Assembly: GCF_006345805.1 (NCBI RefSeq)
Contig: NC_042999.1
Coordinates: 42,904,001 to 42,968,000, forward strand
From: Octopus sinensis
Taxonomy: Eukaryota
Reading direction: 5' to 3'
DNA length: 64,000 bases
Part shown: positions 1 to 15,000 of the stretch, in pieces
Layout of the letters: every line of letters begins with the position of its first letter
Position numbering within the stretch: the first letter of the stretch is position 1
Translations under genes and position numbers: made by a program
The notes under the pieces: model-generated
Seen by the model: only the letters and a program-made list of their open reading frames with translations
What the model was told of the DNA's origin: nothing
Databases searched by the model: none

Positions 1-3000
1 ATTAATTCCAGGTATATTCAAAGACCTAACCAAAAAAATTAATTCCAGTATATTCCAACTACTAAACCCATCTAACTAGTTTAATCGCTTCTCAATATAA
101 TCTTCGATGGACATCTGCAAAATAAAGCAAGAAAAATTAATTCCAGGTATATTCCAACTACTAAACCCATCTAACTAGTTTAATCGCTTCTCAATATAAT
201 CTTCGATGGACATCTGCAAAATAAAAGCGAGAAAAAATTAATTTCAGGTATCTTCCAAATACTAAACCCATCTAACTAGTTTAATCCCTTCTCAATATAA
301 TCTTCGATGGACATCTGCAAGACAAAAGCAAGAAAAAATTAATTCCAGGTATATTCCAACTACTAAACCCATCTAACTAGTTTAATCGCTTCTCAATATA
401 ATCATCGATGGACATCTGCACAATAAAAGCAAGAAAAAATTAATTCCAGGTATATTCCAACTACTAAACCCATCTAACTAGTTTAATCGTTTCGCAATAT
501 GATCTTCGATGGACATCTGCAAAATAAAAGCAACAAAAAATTAATTCCAGGTATATTCCAACTACTAAACCCATGTAACTAGTTTAATCGCTTCTCAATA
601 TAATCTTCGATGGACATCTGCAGAATAAAAGCAAGAAAGAATTAATTCCAGGTATATTCCAACTACTAAACCCATCTAACTAGTTTAATCGCTTCTCAAT
701 ATAATCTTCGATGGACATCTGCAAAATAAAAGCAAGAAAAAATTAATTCCAGGTATATTCCAACTACTAAACCCATCTAACTAGTTTAATCGCTTCTCAA
801 TATAATCTTCGATGGACATCTGCAAGATAAAAGCAAGACAAAATTAGTTCCAGGTATATTCCAACTACTTAACCCATCTAACTTGTTTAATCGCTTCTCA
901 ATATAATCTTCGATGGACATCTGCAAGATAAAAGCAAGAAAAAATTAATTCCAGGTATATTCCAACTAAAACCCATCTAACTAGTTTAATCGCTTCTCAA
1001 TATTATCTACGATGGACATCTGCAAGATAAAAGCAAGAAAAAAATTAATTCCAGGTATATTCCAACTACTAAACCCATCTAGCTGTTTAATCGCTTCTCA
1101 ATATAATTTCGATGGACATCTGCAAGATAAAGCAAGAAAAAATTAATTCCAGGTATATTCCAACTACTAAAACCATCTAACTAGTTTAATCGCTTCTCAA
1201 TATAATCTTCGATGGACATCTGCAAAAAGAAAAGCGAGAAAAAATAAATTCCAGGTATGTTCCAACTACAAAACCCATCTAACTAGTTTAATCGCTTCTC
1301 AATATAATCTTCGATGGACATCTGCAGGATAAAGAAAGAGAAAAATTAATTCCAGGTATATTCCAACTACTAAACCCATCTAACTAGTTAATCGCTTCTC
1401 AATATAATCTTCGATGGACATCTGCAAGTAAAGTAAAAGCAAGAAAAAAATTAATTCCAGTATATTCCAACTACTAAACCCATCTAACTAGTTTAATCGC
1501 TTCTCAATATAATCTTCGATGGACATCTGCAAAAAAAAAAGCGAGAAAAAATAAATTCCAGGTATATTCCAACTACTAAACCCATCTAACTAGTTTAATC
1601 GCTTCTCAATATAATCTTCGATGGACATGTGCAAGATAAAAGCAAGAAAAAATTAATTCCAGGTATATTCCAACTACAAAACCCATCTAACTAGTTTGAT
1701 CGCTTCTCAATATAATCTTCAATGGACATCTGCATAATAAAAGCAAGAAAAAATTTATTCCAGGTATATTCCAACTACTAAACCCATCTAACTAGTTTAA
1801 TCGCTTCTCAATATAATCTTCGATGGACATCTGCAAAATAAAAGCAAGAAAAAATTAATTCCAGGTATATTCCAACTACTAAACCAATCTAACTATTTTA
1901 ATCGCTTCACAATATAATCTTCGATGGACATCTGCAAGATTAAAGCAAGAAAAAATTAATTCCAGGTATATTCCAACTACTAAACCCATCTAACTAGCAC
2001 AATCGCTTCTCAATATAATCTTCGATGTATATCTGCAAAATAAAAGCAAGAGAAAATTAATTCCAGGTATATTCCAACTACTAAGCCCATCTAACTAGTT
2101 TAATCGCTTCTCAATATAATCTTCGATGGACATATGCAAAATAAAAGCGATAAAAAATTAATTCCAGGTATATTCCAACTACTAAACCCATCTAACTAGT
2201 TTAATCGCTTTTCAGTATAATCTTCGATGGACATCTGCAAGATAAAAGCAACAAAAAATTAATTCCAGGTATATTCCAACTACTAAACCCATCTTACTAG
2301 TTTAATCGCTCCTCAATATGATTTTCGATGGACATCTACAAGGTAATAGCAAGAAGATATTAATTCCCAGCTTTTTCCAACTACTAAATCCATCTATTTA
2401 TTTTAATCGCTTCTCAATATAATTTTCAATGGACATCTGCAAGATAAAAGCAAGAGAAAATTAATTCCAGTCATATTCCAACTATAAACCCATCTAACTA
2501 GTTAATCGCTTCTCATATAATCTTCGATGGACATCTGCAAGATAAAAGCAAGAAAGAATTAATTCCAGGATATTCCAAATACTAAACCAAAAAAGTAATT
2601 CCAGGTATATCCAACTACTCAACAAAAAAAATTTTCCAGGTATTCCAACTACTAAACCCATCTAACTAGTTTAATCTTCTTCAATATAAACTTTGATGGA
2701 CATCGCAAGATAAAAGCAAGAAAAAAATTAATTCCAGGTGTATTCCAACTACTAAACAAAAAATTAATTCCAGGTATATTCCAACTACCTAACCGAAAAA
2801 TTAATTCCAGGTATATTCAAACTACCTAACCAAAGAATTAATTCCAGTCATATTCCAACTACTAAACCCATCTAACTAGTTTAATCGCTTCTCAATATAA
2901 TCTTCGATGGACATCTGCAAAATAAAAGCAAGAAAAAATTAATTCCAGGTATATTCCAACTACTAAACCCATCTAACTAGTTTAATCGCTTCTCAATATA

Positions 3001-6000
3001 ATCTTCGATGGACATCTGCAAAATAAAAGCGAGAAAAAATTAATTTCAGGTATCTTCCAAATACTAAACCCATCTAACTAGTTTAATCCCTTCTCAATAT
3101 AATCTTCGATGGATATCTGCAAGACAAAAGCAAGAAAAAATTAATTCCAGTATATCCACCAACTACTAAACCCATCTAACTAGTTTAATCGCTTCTCAAT
3201 ATAATCTTCGATGGACATCTGCACAATAAAGCAAGAAAAAATTAATTCCAGGTATATTCCAACTACTAAACCCATCTAACTAGTTTAATCGTTTCGCAAT
3301 ATAATCTTCGATGGACATCTGCAGAATAAAACAAGAAAGAATAATTCCAGGTATATTCCAACTACTAAACCCATCTAACTAGTTTAATCGCTTCTCAATA
3401 TAATCTTCGATGGACATCTGCAAAAAAAAGCAAGAAAGAAAAATTAATTCCAGGTATATTCCAACTACTAAACCCATCTAACTAGTTTAATCGCTTCTCA
3501 ATATAATCTTCGATGGACATCTGCAAGATAAAAGCAAGACAAAATTAGTTCCAGGTATATTCCAACTACTTAACCCATCTAACTTGTTTAATCGCTTCTC
3601 AATATAATCTTCGATGGACATCTGCAAGATAAAAGCAAGAAAAAATTAATTCCAGGTATATTCCAACTAGTAAACCCATCTAACTAGTTTAATCGCTTCT
3701 CAATATTATCTACGATGGACATCTGCAAGATAAAAGCAAGAAAAAATTAATTCCAGGTATATTCCAACTACTAAACCCATCTAGCTTGTTCAATCGCTTC
3801 TCAATATAATTTTCGATGGACATCTGCAAGATAAAAGCAAGAAAAAATTAATTCCAGGTATATTCCAACTACTAAACCCATCTAACTAGTTTAATCGCTT
3901 CTCAATATAATCTTCGATGGACATCTGCAAAAAGAAAGCGAGAAAAATAAATTCCAGGTATGTTCCAACTACAAAACCCATCTACCTAGTTTAATCGCTT
4001 CTCAATATAATCTTCGACGGACATCTGCAAGATAAAAGCAAGAAAAAATTAATTCCAGGTATATTCCAACTACTAAACCCATCTAACTAGTTTAATCGCT
4101 TCTCAATATAATCTTCGATGGACATCTGCAAAGTAAAAGCAAGAAAAAATTAATTCCAGGTATATTCCAACTACTAAACCCATCTAACTAGTTTAATCAC
4201 TTCTCAATATAATCTTCGATGGACATGTGCAAGATAAAAGCAAGAAAAAATTAATTCCAGGTATATTCCAACTACTAAACCCATCTAACTAGTTTAATCG
4301 CTTCACAATATAATCTTCAATGGACATCTGCATAATAAAAGCAAGAAAAAATTTATTCCAGGTATATTCCAACTACTAAACCCATCTAACTAGTTTAATC
4401 GCTTCTCAATATAATCTTCGATGGACATCTGCAAAATAAAAGCAAGAAAAAATTAATTCCAGGTATATTCCAACTACTAAACCCATCTAACTATTTTAAT
4501 CGCTTCACAATATAATCTTCGATGGACATCTGCAAGATGAAAGCAAAACAATTAATTCCAAGTATATTCCAACTACTAAACCCATCTAACTAGTTTAATC
4601 GCTTCTCAATATAATCTTCGATGGACATCTGCAAAATAAAAGCAAGAAAAAATTAATTCCAGGGATATTCCAACTACTAAATCCATCTAACTAGTTTAAT
4701 CGCTTCTCAATATAATCTTCGATGGACATCTGCAAAATAAAATCAAGAAAAAATTAATTCCAGGTATATTCCAACTACTAAACCCATCTAACTAGTTTAA
4801 TCGCGTCTCAATATAATCTTCGATGGACATCTGCAAGAGAAAAGCAAGAAAGAATTAATTCCAGGTATATCCCAACTACTAAACCCTTCTAACTAGTTTA
4901 ATCGCTTCTCAATATAATCTTCGATGGACATCCGCGAAATAAAAGCAAGAAAAAATTAATTCCAGTTATATACCAACTACTAAACCAATCTAACTAGTTT
5001 AATCGCTTCTCAATATAATCTTCGATGGACATCTGCAAGATAAAAGCAAGAAAAAACTAATTCCCGGTATATTCCAACTACTAAACACATCTAACTAGTT
5101 TAATCGCTTCTCAATATAAACTTCGATGCACATCTGCAAGATAAAAGCAACAAAAAATTAATTCCAGGTATATTCCAACTACTAAACCCATCTAACTAGT
5201 TTAATCGCTTCTCAATATATCTTCGATGGACATCTGCAAAATAAAAGCAAGAAAAAATAATTCCCGGTATATTCCAACTACTAAACCCATCTAACTAGTT
5301 AATCGCTTCTCAATATAATCTCGATGGACATCTGCAAAATAAAAGCAACAACAAATTAATTCCAGGTATAATCCAACTACTAAACCCTCTAACTAGTTTA
5401 AACGCTTCTCAATATAATCTTCGATGGACATCTGCAAGATAAAAGCAAGACAAAATTAATTCAGTAGTTATATTCCAACTACTAAAATCATCTAACTAGT
5501 TAATCGCTTCACAATATAATCTCGATGGACATCTGCAAGATAAAAGCAAGAAAAAATTAATTCCAGGTATATTCCAACTACTAAACCCATCTAACTAGTT
5601 TTATCGCTTCTCAATATAATCTTCGATGGACATCTGCAAGATAAAAGCAAGAGTAAATTAATTCCAGGTATATTCCAACTACTAAACCCATCTAACTAGT
5701 TTAATCGCTTCTCAATGTAATCTTCGATGGGCATCTGCAAGATAAAAGCAAGAAAAAATTAATTCCAGGTATATTCCAACTACTAAACCCATCTAACTAC
5801 TTTAATCGCTTCTCAATATAATCTTCGATGGACATCTGCAAAATAAAAGCAACAACAAATTAATTCCAGGTATAATCCAACTACTAAACCCATCTAACTA
5901 GTTTAAACGCTTCTCAATATAATCTTCGATGGACATCTGCAAGATAAAAGCAAGACAAAATTAATTCCAGTTATATTCCAACTACTAAAATCATCTAACT

Positions 6001-9000
6001 AGTTTAATCGCTTCACAATATAATCTTCGATGGACATCTGCAAGATAAAAGCAAGAAAAAATTAATTCCAGGTATATTCCAACTACTAAACCCATCTAAC
6101 TAGTTTTATCGCTTCTCAATATAATCTTCGATGGACATCTGCAAGATAAAAGCAAGAGTAAATTAATTCCAGGTATATTCCAACTACTAAACCCATCTAA
6201 CTAGTTTAATCGCTTCTCAATGTAATCTTCGATGGGCATCTGCAAGATAAAAGCAAGAAAAAATTAATTCCAGGTATATTCCAACTACTAAACCCATCTA
6301 ACTAGTTTAATCGCTTCTCAATATAATCTTCGTTGGGCATCTGAAAGATAAAAGCAAGAAAAAATTAATTCCAGTTTTATTCCAACTGCTGAACCCATCT
6401 AAATATTTTAATCGCTTCTCAATATAATCTTCGATGGACATCTGCAAGATAAAAGCAAATAAATTAATTCCAGGTATATTCCAACTACTAAACCTATCTA
6501 AATATTTTTATCGGTTCTCAATATAATCTTCGATGGACATCTTCAAATTAAAAGCAAGAAAATTTAATTCCAGGTATATTCCAACTACTAAACCCATCTA
6601 ACTAGTTTAATCGCTTCTCAATATAATCTTCGATGGACATCTGCAAGATAAAAGCAAGAAAAAATTAATTCCAGGTATATTCCAACTATTAAACCCATCT
6701 AACTAGTTTAATCGCTTCTCAATATAATCTTCGATAGGCATCTGCAAGATAAAAGCATATAAATTAATTCCAGCTATATTCCAACTACTAAACCTATCCA
6801 AATATTTTTATCCATCTCAATATAATCTTCGATGGACATCTGCAAATTAAAAGCAAGAAAAATTAATTCCAGGTATATTCCAACTACTACACCCATCTAA
6901 CTAGTTTAATCGCCTCTCAATATAATCTTCGATGGACATCTGCAAGATAAAAGCAAGAGAAAATAAATTCCAGGTATATTCCAACTACTAAACCCAGCTA
7001 CATATTTTAATCGCTTCTCAATATAATCTTCGATGGACATCTGCAACATAAAAGCAAAAAAATTAGTTCCAGATATATTCAAACTACTAAACCCATCTAA
7101 ATATTTTAATCGCTTCTCAATATAATCATCGATGGACATCTGCAAGATAAAAGCAAGAAAAATTAATTCCAGGTATATTCCAACTACTAAACCCATCTAA
7201 CTAGTTTCATCGCTTCTCAATATAATCTTCGATGGACATGTGCAAGATAAAAGTAAGAAAAAATTAATTCCAGGTATATTCCAACTACTAAACCCATCTA
7301 AATATTTTAATCGCTTCTCAATAAAATCTTCGATGGACATCTGCTTGATAAAAGCAAAAAAATTAATTCCAGGCATATATTCCAACTACTAAACCCATCT
7401 AAATATTTTAATCGGTTCTCAATATAATCTTCAATGGACATCTGCAAGATAAAAGCAAAAAAATTAATTCCAGGTATATTCCAACTACTAAACCCATCTA
7501 ACTAGTTTAATCGCTTCTCAATATAATCTTCGATGGACATCTGCAAGATAAAAGCAAGAAAAATTAATTCCAGGTATATTCCAACTACTAAACCCATCTA
7601 AATATTTTAATCGCTTCTCAATATAATCTTTGATGGACATCCGCAAGATAAAATCAAAAAAATTAATTCCAGGTATATTCCAACTACTAAACCCATCTAA
7701 ATATTTTAATAGTTCTCAATATAATCTTCGATGGACATCTGCAAGATAAAAGCAATAAAAAATTAATTGCCCGTATATTCCAAATACTAAACCAAAAAAT
7801 TAATTCCAGGTATATTCCATCTACTCAACCAAAAAATTAATTGCAGGTATATTCCAACTACTAAACCCATCTAACTAGTTTAATCGCTTCTCAATATTAT
7901 CTTCGATGGACATCTACGAGATAAAAGCAAGAAAAAATTAATTCCAGGTATATTTCAACCACTAAACCCATCTAACTAGTTTAATCGCTTCTTAATATAA
8001 TATTTGATGGACATCTACAAGATAAAAGCAAGAGAAAATTAATTTCAGGTATATTCCTACTACTAAACCCATCTGACTAGTTTAATTGCTTCCAATATTA
8101 TCTTCGATGGACATCTACAAGATAAAAGCAAAAAAAAATTAATTCCAGGTATATTCCAATTACTAAACCCATCTAACAAGTTTAATTGCTTCTCAATATA
8201 ATATTTGATGGACATCTACAAGATAAAAGCAAGAAAAGATTAATTCCAGGTATATTCCAACTACTAAACCAAAAAATGTATTCCAGGTATATTCCAAATA
8301 CCTAACCAAAAAATTAATTCCAGGTATATTCCAACTACTCAACCCATCTAACTTGTTTAATCGCTTTTCAATATAATCTTCAATGGACCTCTAGAAGAGA
8401 CAAGCAAGAAACAATTAATTTCAGGTATATTCCAACTACTAAACCCATCTAACTAGTTTAATCGCTTTTCAGTATAATCTTCGATGGACATCTGCAAGAT
8501 AAAAGCAACAAAAAATTAATTCCAGGTATATTCCAACTACTAAACCCATCTTACTAGTTTAATCGCTCCTCAATATGATTTTCGATGGACATCTACAAGG
8601 TAATAGCAAGAAGATATTAATTCCCAGCTTTTTCCAACTACTAAATCCATCTATTTATTTTATTCGCTTCTCAATATAATCTTCAATGGACATCGGCAAG
8701 ATAAAAGCAAGAGAAAATTAATTCCAGTCATATTCCAACTATTAAACCCATCTAACTAGTTTAATCGCTTCTCAATATAATCGTCGATGGACATCTGCAA
8801 GATAAAAGCAAGAAAATAATTAATTCCAGGTATATTCCAAATACTAAACCAAAAAGGTAATTCCAGGTATATTCCAACTACTCAACCAAAAAATTATTTC
8901 CAGGAATATTACAACTACTAAACCCATCTAACTAGTTTAATTTCTTCTCAATATAAACTTTGATGGACCTCTGCAAGATAAATGCAAGAAAAAAATTAAT

Positions 9001-12000
9001 TCCGGGTATATTCCAACTACTCAACCCATCTAACTAGTTTAATCGCTTCTCAATATAATCTTCGATGGACATCTGCAAAATAAAAGCAAGAAAAAATTAA
9101 TTCCAGGTATATTCCAACTACTAAATCGATCTTTTTTTTAATCCCTTCTCAATATAATCTTCGATGGACATCTGCAAGATAAAAGCAAGAAAAAATTAAT
9201 TCCAGGTATATTCCAACTACTAAACCCATCTAACTAGTTTAATCGCTTCACAATATACTCTTCGATGGACATCTGCAAGATAAAAGCAAAAAAATTAATT
9301 CCAGGTATATTCAAACTACTAAACCCATCTAAATATTTTAATCGGTTCTGAAAATAATCTTCGATGGACATCTGCAAGATGAAAGCAAAAAAATTAATTC
9401 CAAGTATATTCCAACTACTAAACCCCTCTAAATATTTTAATCGGTTCTCAATATAATCTTCGATGAACATCTGCAAGATAAAATCAAGAAAAATTAATTC
9501 CAGGTATATTCCAACTACTAAACCCATTTAACTAGTTTCATCGCTTCTCAATATAATCTTTGATGGACATCTGCAAGATAAAAGCGAGAAAAAATTAATT
9601 GCAGGGATATTCCAACTACTAAACCCATCTAACTAGTTTAATCGCTTCTCAATATAATCTTCGATGGACATCTGCAAAATACAAGCGACAAAAAATTAAT
9701 TGCAGGTATATTCCAACTACTAAACCCATGTAACTAGTTTAATCCCTTCTCAATATAATCTTCGATGGACATCTGCAAGATAAAAGCAAGAAAAAATTAA
9801 TTGCAGGTATATTCCAACTACTAAACCCATCTAACTAGTTTAATCGCTTCTCAATATAATCTACGATGGACATCTGCAAGATAAAAGCAAGAAAAATTAA
9901 TTCCAGGTATATTCCAACTACTACTAAACCATCTAAATATTTTAATCGCTTCAAATAATCTTCATGGACATCTGCAAGATAAAAGCAAAAAGATTAATTC
10001 CAGGTATATTCCAACTACTAATCCCATCTAAATATTTTAATAGTTCTCAATATAATCTTCGATGGACATCTACAAGATAAAAGCATGAAAAAATTAATTG
10101 CCCGTATATTCCAAATACTAAACCAAAAAATTAATTGCAGGTATATTCCAACTACTAAACTTATCTAACTAGTTTAATTGCTTCTCAATATTATCTTCGA
10201 TGGACATCTACGAGATAAAAGCAAGAAAAAATTATTTGCAGGTATATTCCAACCACTAAACCCATCTAACTAGTTTAATCGCTTCTTAATATAATATTTG
10301 ATGGACATCTACGAGATAAAAGCAAGAGAAAATTAATGTCAGGTATATTCCTACTACTAAACCCATCTGACTATTTTAATTGCTTCCAATATTATCTTCG
10401 ATGGACATCTACAAGATAAAGCAAGAAAATTAATTCCAGGTAATTTCCAACTACTAAACCCATCTAACTAGTTTAATTTTCTCAATATAATATTTGATGG
10501 ACATCTACAAGATAAAGCAAGAAAAGATTAATTCCATATATATTCCAACTACTAAACCAAAAAATTAATTCCAGGTATATTCCAACTACTAAACCAAAAA
10601 TGTATTCCAGGTATATTCCAACGACCTAACCAAAAAATTAATTCCAGGTATACTCCAACTACTAAACCCATCTAACTAGTTTAATCGCTTCTCAATATAA
10701 TCTTCGATGGACATCTGCAAGATAAAAGCAAGAGAAGATTATTTCCAGGTATATTCCAACTACTAAACCCATCTAAATATTTTAGTCGCTTCTCAATATA
10801 ATCTTCGATGGACATCTTCAAGATAAAAGCAAAAAAATTAATTCCAGGTATATTCAAACTACTAAACCCATCTAAGTATTTTAAACGGTTCTGAAAATAA
10901 TCTTCGATGGACATCTGCAAGATAAAAGCAAAAAAATTAATTCCAGGTATATTCCAACTACTAAACCCATTTAAATATTTTAATCAGTTCTCAATATAAT
11001 CTTCAATAGACTTCTGCAAGGTAAAAGCAAAAAAATTAATTCCAGGTATATTTCAACTACTAAACCCATCTAACTAGTTTAATCGCTTCTCAACATAATC
11101 TTCGATGGACATCTGCAAGATAAAAGCAAGAAAAATTAATTCCAGTTATATTCCAACTTCTAAACCCATCTAAATATTTTAATCGCTTCTCAATATAATC
11201 TTTCATGGACATCTGCAAGATAAAAGCAAAAAAATTAATTCCAGGTATATTCCAACTACTAAACCCATCTAAATATTTTAATACTTCTGAATATAATCTT
11301 CGATGGATATCTGCAAGATAAAAGCATGAAAAAATTAATTGCCCGTATATTCCAAATACTAAACCACAAAATTAATTCCAGGTATATTCCATCTACTCCA
11401 CCAAAAAATTAATTGCAGGTATATTCAAACTACTAAACCCATCTAACTATTTAATCGCTTCTCAATATAATCTTCGATGGACATCTGCAAAATAAAAGCA
11501 ACAAAAAATTAATTCCAGGTATATTCCAACTACTAAATCGATCTTTTTCTTAATCCCTTCTCAATATAATCTTCGATGGACATCTGCAAGATAAAAGCAA
11601 GAAAAAATTAATTCCAGGTATATTCCAACTACTAAACCCATCTAACAAGTTTAATCGCTTCACAATATAATCTTCGATGGACATCTGCAAGATAAAAGCA
11701 AAAAAAATTAATTCCAGGTATATTTAAACTACTAAACCCATCTAATATTTTAATCGGTTCTGAAAATAATCTTCGATGGACATCTGCAAGATAAAAGCAA
11801 AAAAAATTAATCCAAGTATATTCCAACTACTAAACCCCTCTAAATATTTTAATCGGTTCTCAATATAATCTTCGATGGAACATCTGCAAGATAAAATCAA
11901 GAAAAATTAATTCCAGGTATATTCCAACTACTAAACCCATTTAACTAGTTTCATCGCTTCTCAATATAATCTTCGATGGACATCTGCAAAATAAAAACGA

Positions 12001-15000
12001 GAAAAAATTAATTCCAGGTATATTCTAACTACTAAACCAATGTAAATAGTTTAATCCCTTCTCAATATAATCTTCGATGGACATCTGCAGGATAAAAGCA
12101 AGAAAAAATTAATTCCAGGTATATTCCAACTACTAAACCCATCTAACTAGTTTAATCGCTTCTCAATATAATCTTCGATGGACATCTGCAAGATAAAAGC
12201 AAGAAAAAATTATTCCAGGTATATTCCAACTACTAAACCCATCTAAATATTTTAATCGCTTCTCAATATTATCTTTCATGGACATCTGCAAGATAATAGC
12301 AAAAAGATTAATTCCAGGTATTTTCCAACTACTAAACCCATCTAAATATTTTAATAGTTCTCAATATAATCTTCGATGGACATCTGCAAGATAAAAGCAT
12401 GAAAATATTAATTGCCCGTATATTCCAAATACTAAACCAAAAAATTAATTCCAGTATATCCATTCTACTCAACCAAAAAATTAATTGACGTATATTCGAA
12501 CTACTAAACCCATCTAACTAGTTTAATCGCTTCTCAAATTATCTTCGATGGACATCTACGAGATAAAAGCAAGAAAAAAATTATTTCCAGGTATATTCCA
12601 ACACTAACCAATCTAACTAGTAAATCGCTTCTTAATCTAATATTTGATGGACATCTACAAGATAAAAGCAAGAGAAAATTAATTTCAGGTATATTCCTAC
12701 TACTAAACCCATCTGACTATTTTAATTGCTTCCAATATTATCTTCGATGGACATCTACAAGATAAAAGCAAGAAAATTAATTCCAGGTATATTCCAACTA
12801 CTAAACCCATCTAACTAGTTTAATTTCTTCTCAATATAATATTTGATGGACATCTACAAGATAAAAGCAAGAAAAGATTAATTCCATATATATTCCAACT
12901 ACTAAACCAAAAAATTAATTCCAGGTATATTCCAACTACTAAACCAAAAAATGTCTTCCAGGTATATTCCAACGACCTAACCAAAAAATTAATTCCAGTT
13001 ATTCTCCAACTACTCAACCCATCTAACTTGTTTAATCGCTTCTCAATATAATCTTCGATGGACCTCTAGAAGAGACAAGCAAGAAAAAATTAACTTCAGG
13101 TATATTCCAACTACTAAACCCATCAAACTAGTTTAATCGCTTTTCAGTATAATCTTCGATGGACATCTGCAAGATAAAAGCAACAAAAAATTAATTCCAG
13201 GTATATTCCAACTACTTAACTCATCTAACTATTTTAATCGCTCCTCAATATAATTTTCGATGGACATATACAAGATAATAGCAAGAAAATATTAATTCCC
13301 AGCTTTTTCCAACTACTAAATCCATCTATTTATTTTAATCGCTTCTCAATATAATCTTCAATGGACATCTGCAAGATAAAAGCAAGAGAAAATTAATTCC
13401 AGGTATATTCCAACTATTAAACCCATCTAACTAGTTTAATCGCTTCTCAATATAATCTTCGATGGACATCTGCAAGATAGAAGCAAGAAAAAAATTAATT
13501 CCAGTTATATTCCAAATACTAAACCAAAAAGTTATTTCCAGGTATATTCCAACTTCTAAACCCAACTAACTAGTTTAATTTCTTCTCAATATAACCTTTG
13601 ATGGACATCTGCAAGATAAAAGCAAGAAAAAAATTAATTGCACGTATATTCCAACTACTAAACCCATCTAACTACTTTAATCGCTTCTCAATATAATCTT
13701 CGATGGACATCTGCAAAATAAAAGCAAGAAAAAATTAATTCCAGGTATATTCCAACTACTAAACCCATCTAACTAGTTTAATCGCTTCTCAATATAATCT
13801 TCGATGGACATCTGCAAAATAAAAGCAAGAAAAAATTAATTCCAGGCATATTCCAACTACTAAATCGATCTATTTTTTTTAATCCCTTTTCAATATAATC
13901 TTCGATGGACATCTGCAAGATAAAAGCAAGAAAAAATTAATTCCAGGTATATTCCAACTACTAAACCCATCTAACTACATTAATCGCTTCTCAATATAAT
14001 CTTCAATGGACATCTGCAAGATAAAAGCAAGAGAAAATTAATTCCAGGTATATTCCAACTACTAAACCCATCTAACTAGTTTAATCGCTTCTCAATATAA
14101 TCTTCGATGGACATCTGCAAGTTAAAAGCAAGAGTAAATTAATTCCAGGAATATTCCAACTACTAAACCCATCTAAATATTTTAATCGCTTCTCAATATA
14201 ATCGTCGATGGACATCTGCAAGATAAAAGCAAAAAAATTAATTCCAGGTATATTCAAACTACTAAACCCATCTAAATATTTTAATCGGTTCTGAATATAA
14301 TCTTCGATGGACATCTGCAAGATAAAAGCAACAAAATTAATTCCAAGTATATTCCAACTACTAAACCCATCTAAATATTTTAATCGCTTCTCAATATAAT
14401 CTTCGATGGAAATCTGCAAGATAAAAGCAAATAAATTAATTCCAGGTATATTCCAACTACTAAACCCATCTAACAAGTTTCATCGCTTCTCAATATAATC
14501 TTCGATGGACATCTGCAAGATAAAAGCAAGAAAACATTAATTCCAGGTATATTCCAACTACTAAACCCATCTAAATATTTTAATCGCTTCTCAATATAAT
14601 CTTCGATGGACATCTGCAAGATAAAAGCAAAAAAATTAATTCCAGGTATATTCCAACAACTAAACCCATCTAAATATTTTAATCAGTTCTCAATATAATC
14701 TTCAATGGACATCTGCAAGATAAAAGCAAAAAAATTAATTCCAGGTATATTCCAACTATTAAACCCATCTAAATATTTTAATAGTTCTCAATATAATCTT
14801 CGATGGACATCTGCAAGATAAAAGCATGAGAAAATTAATTCCAGGTATATTCCAACTATTAAACCCATCTAACTAGTTTAATCGCTTCTCAATATAATTT
14901 TCGATGGACATATACAAGATAATAGCAAGAAAATATTAATTCCCAGCTTTTTCCAAATACTAAACCAAAAACTTAATTCCAGGAATATTCCATCTACTCA

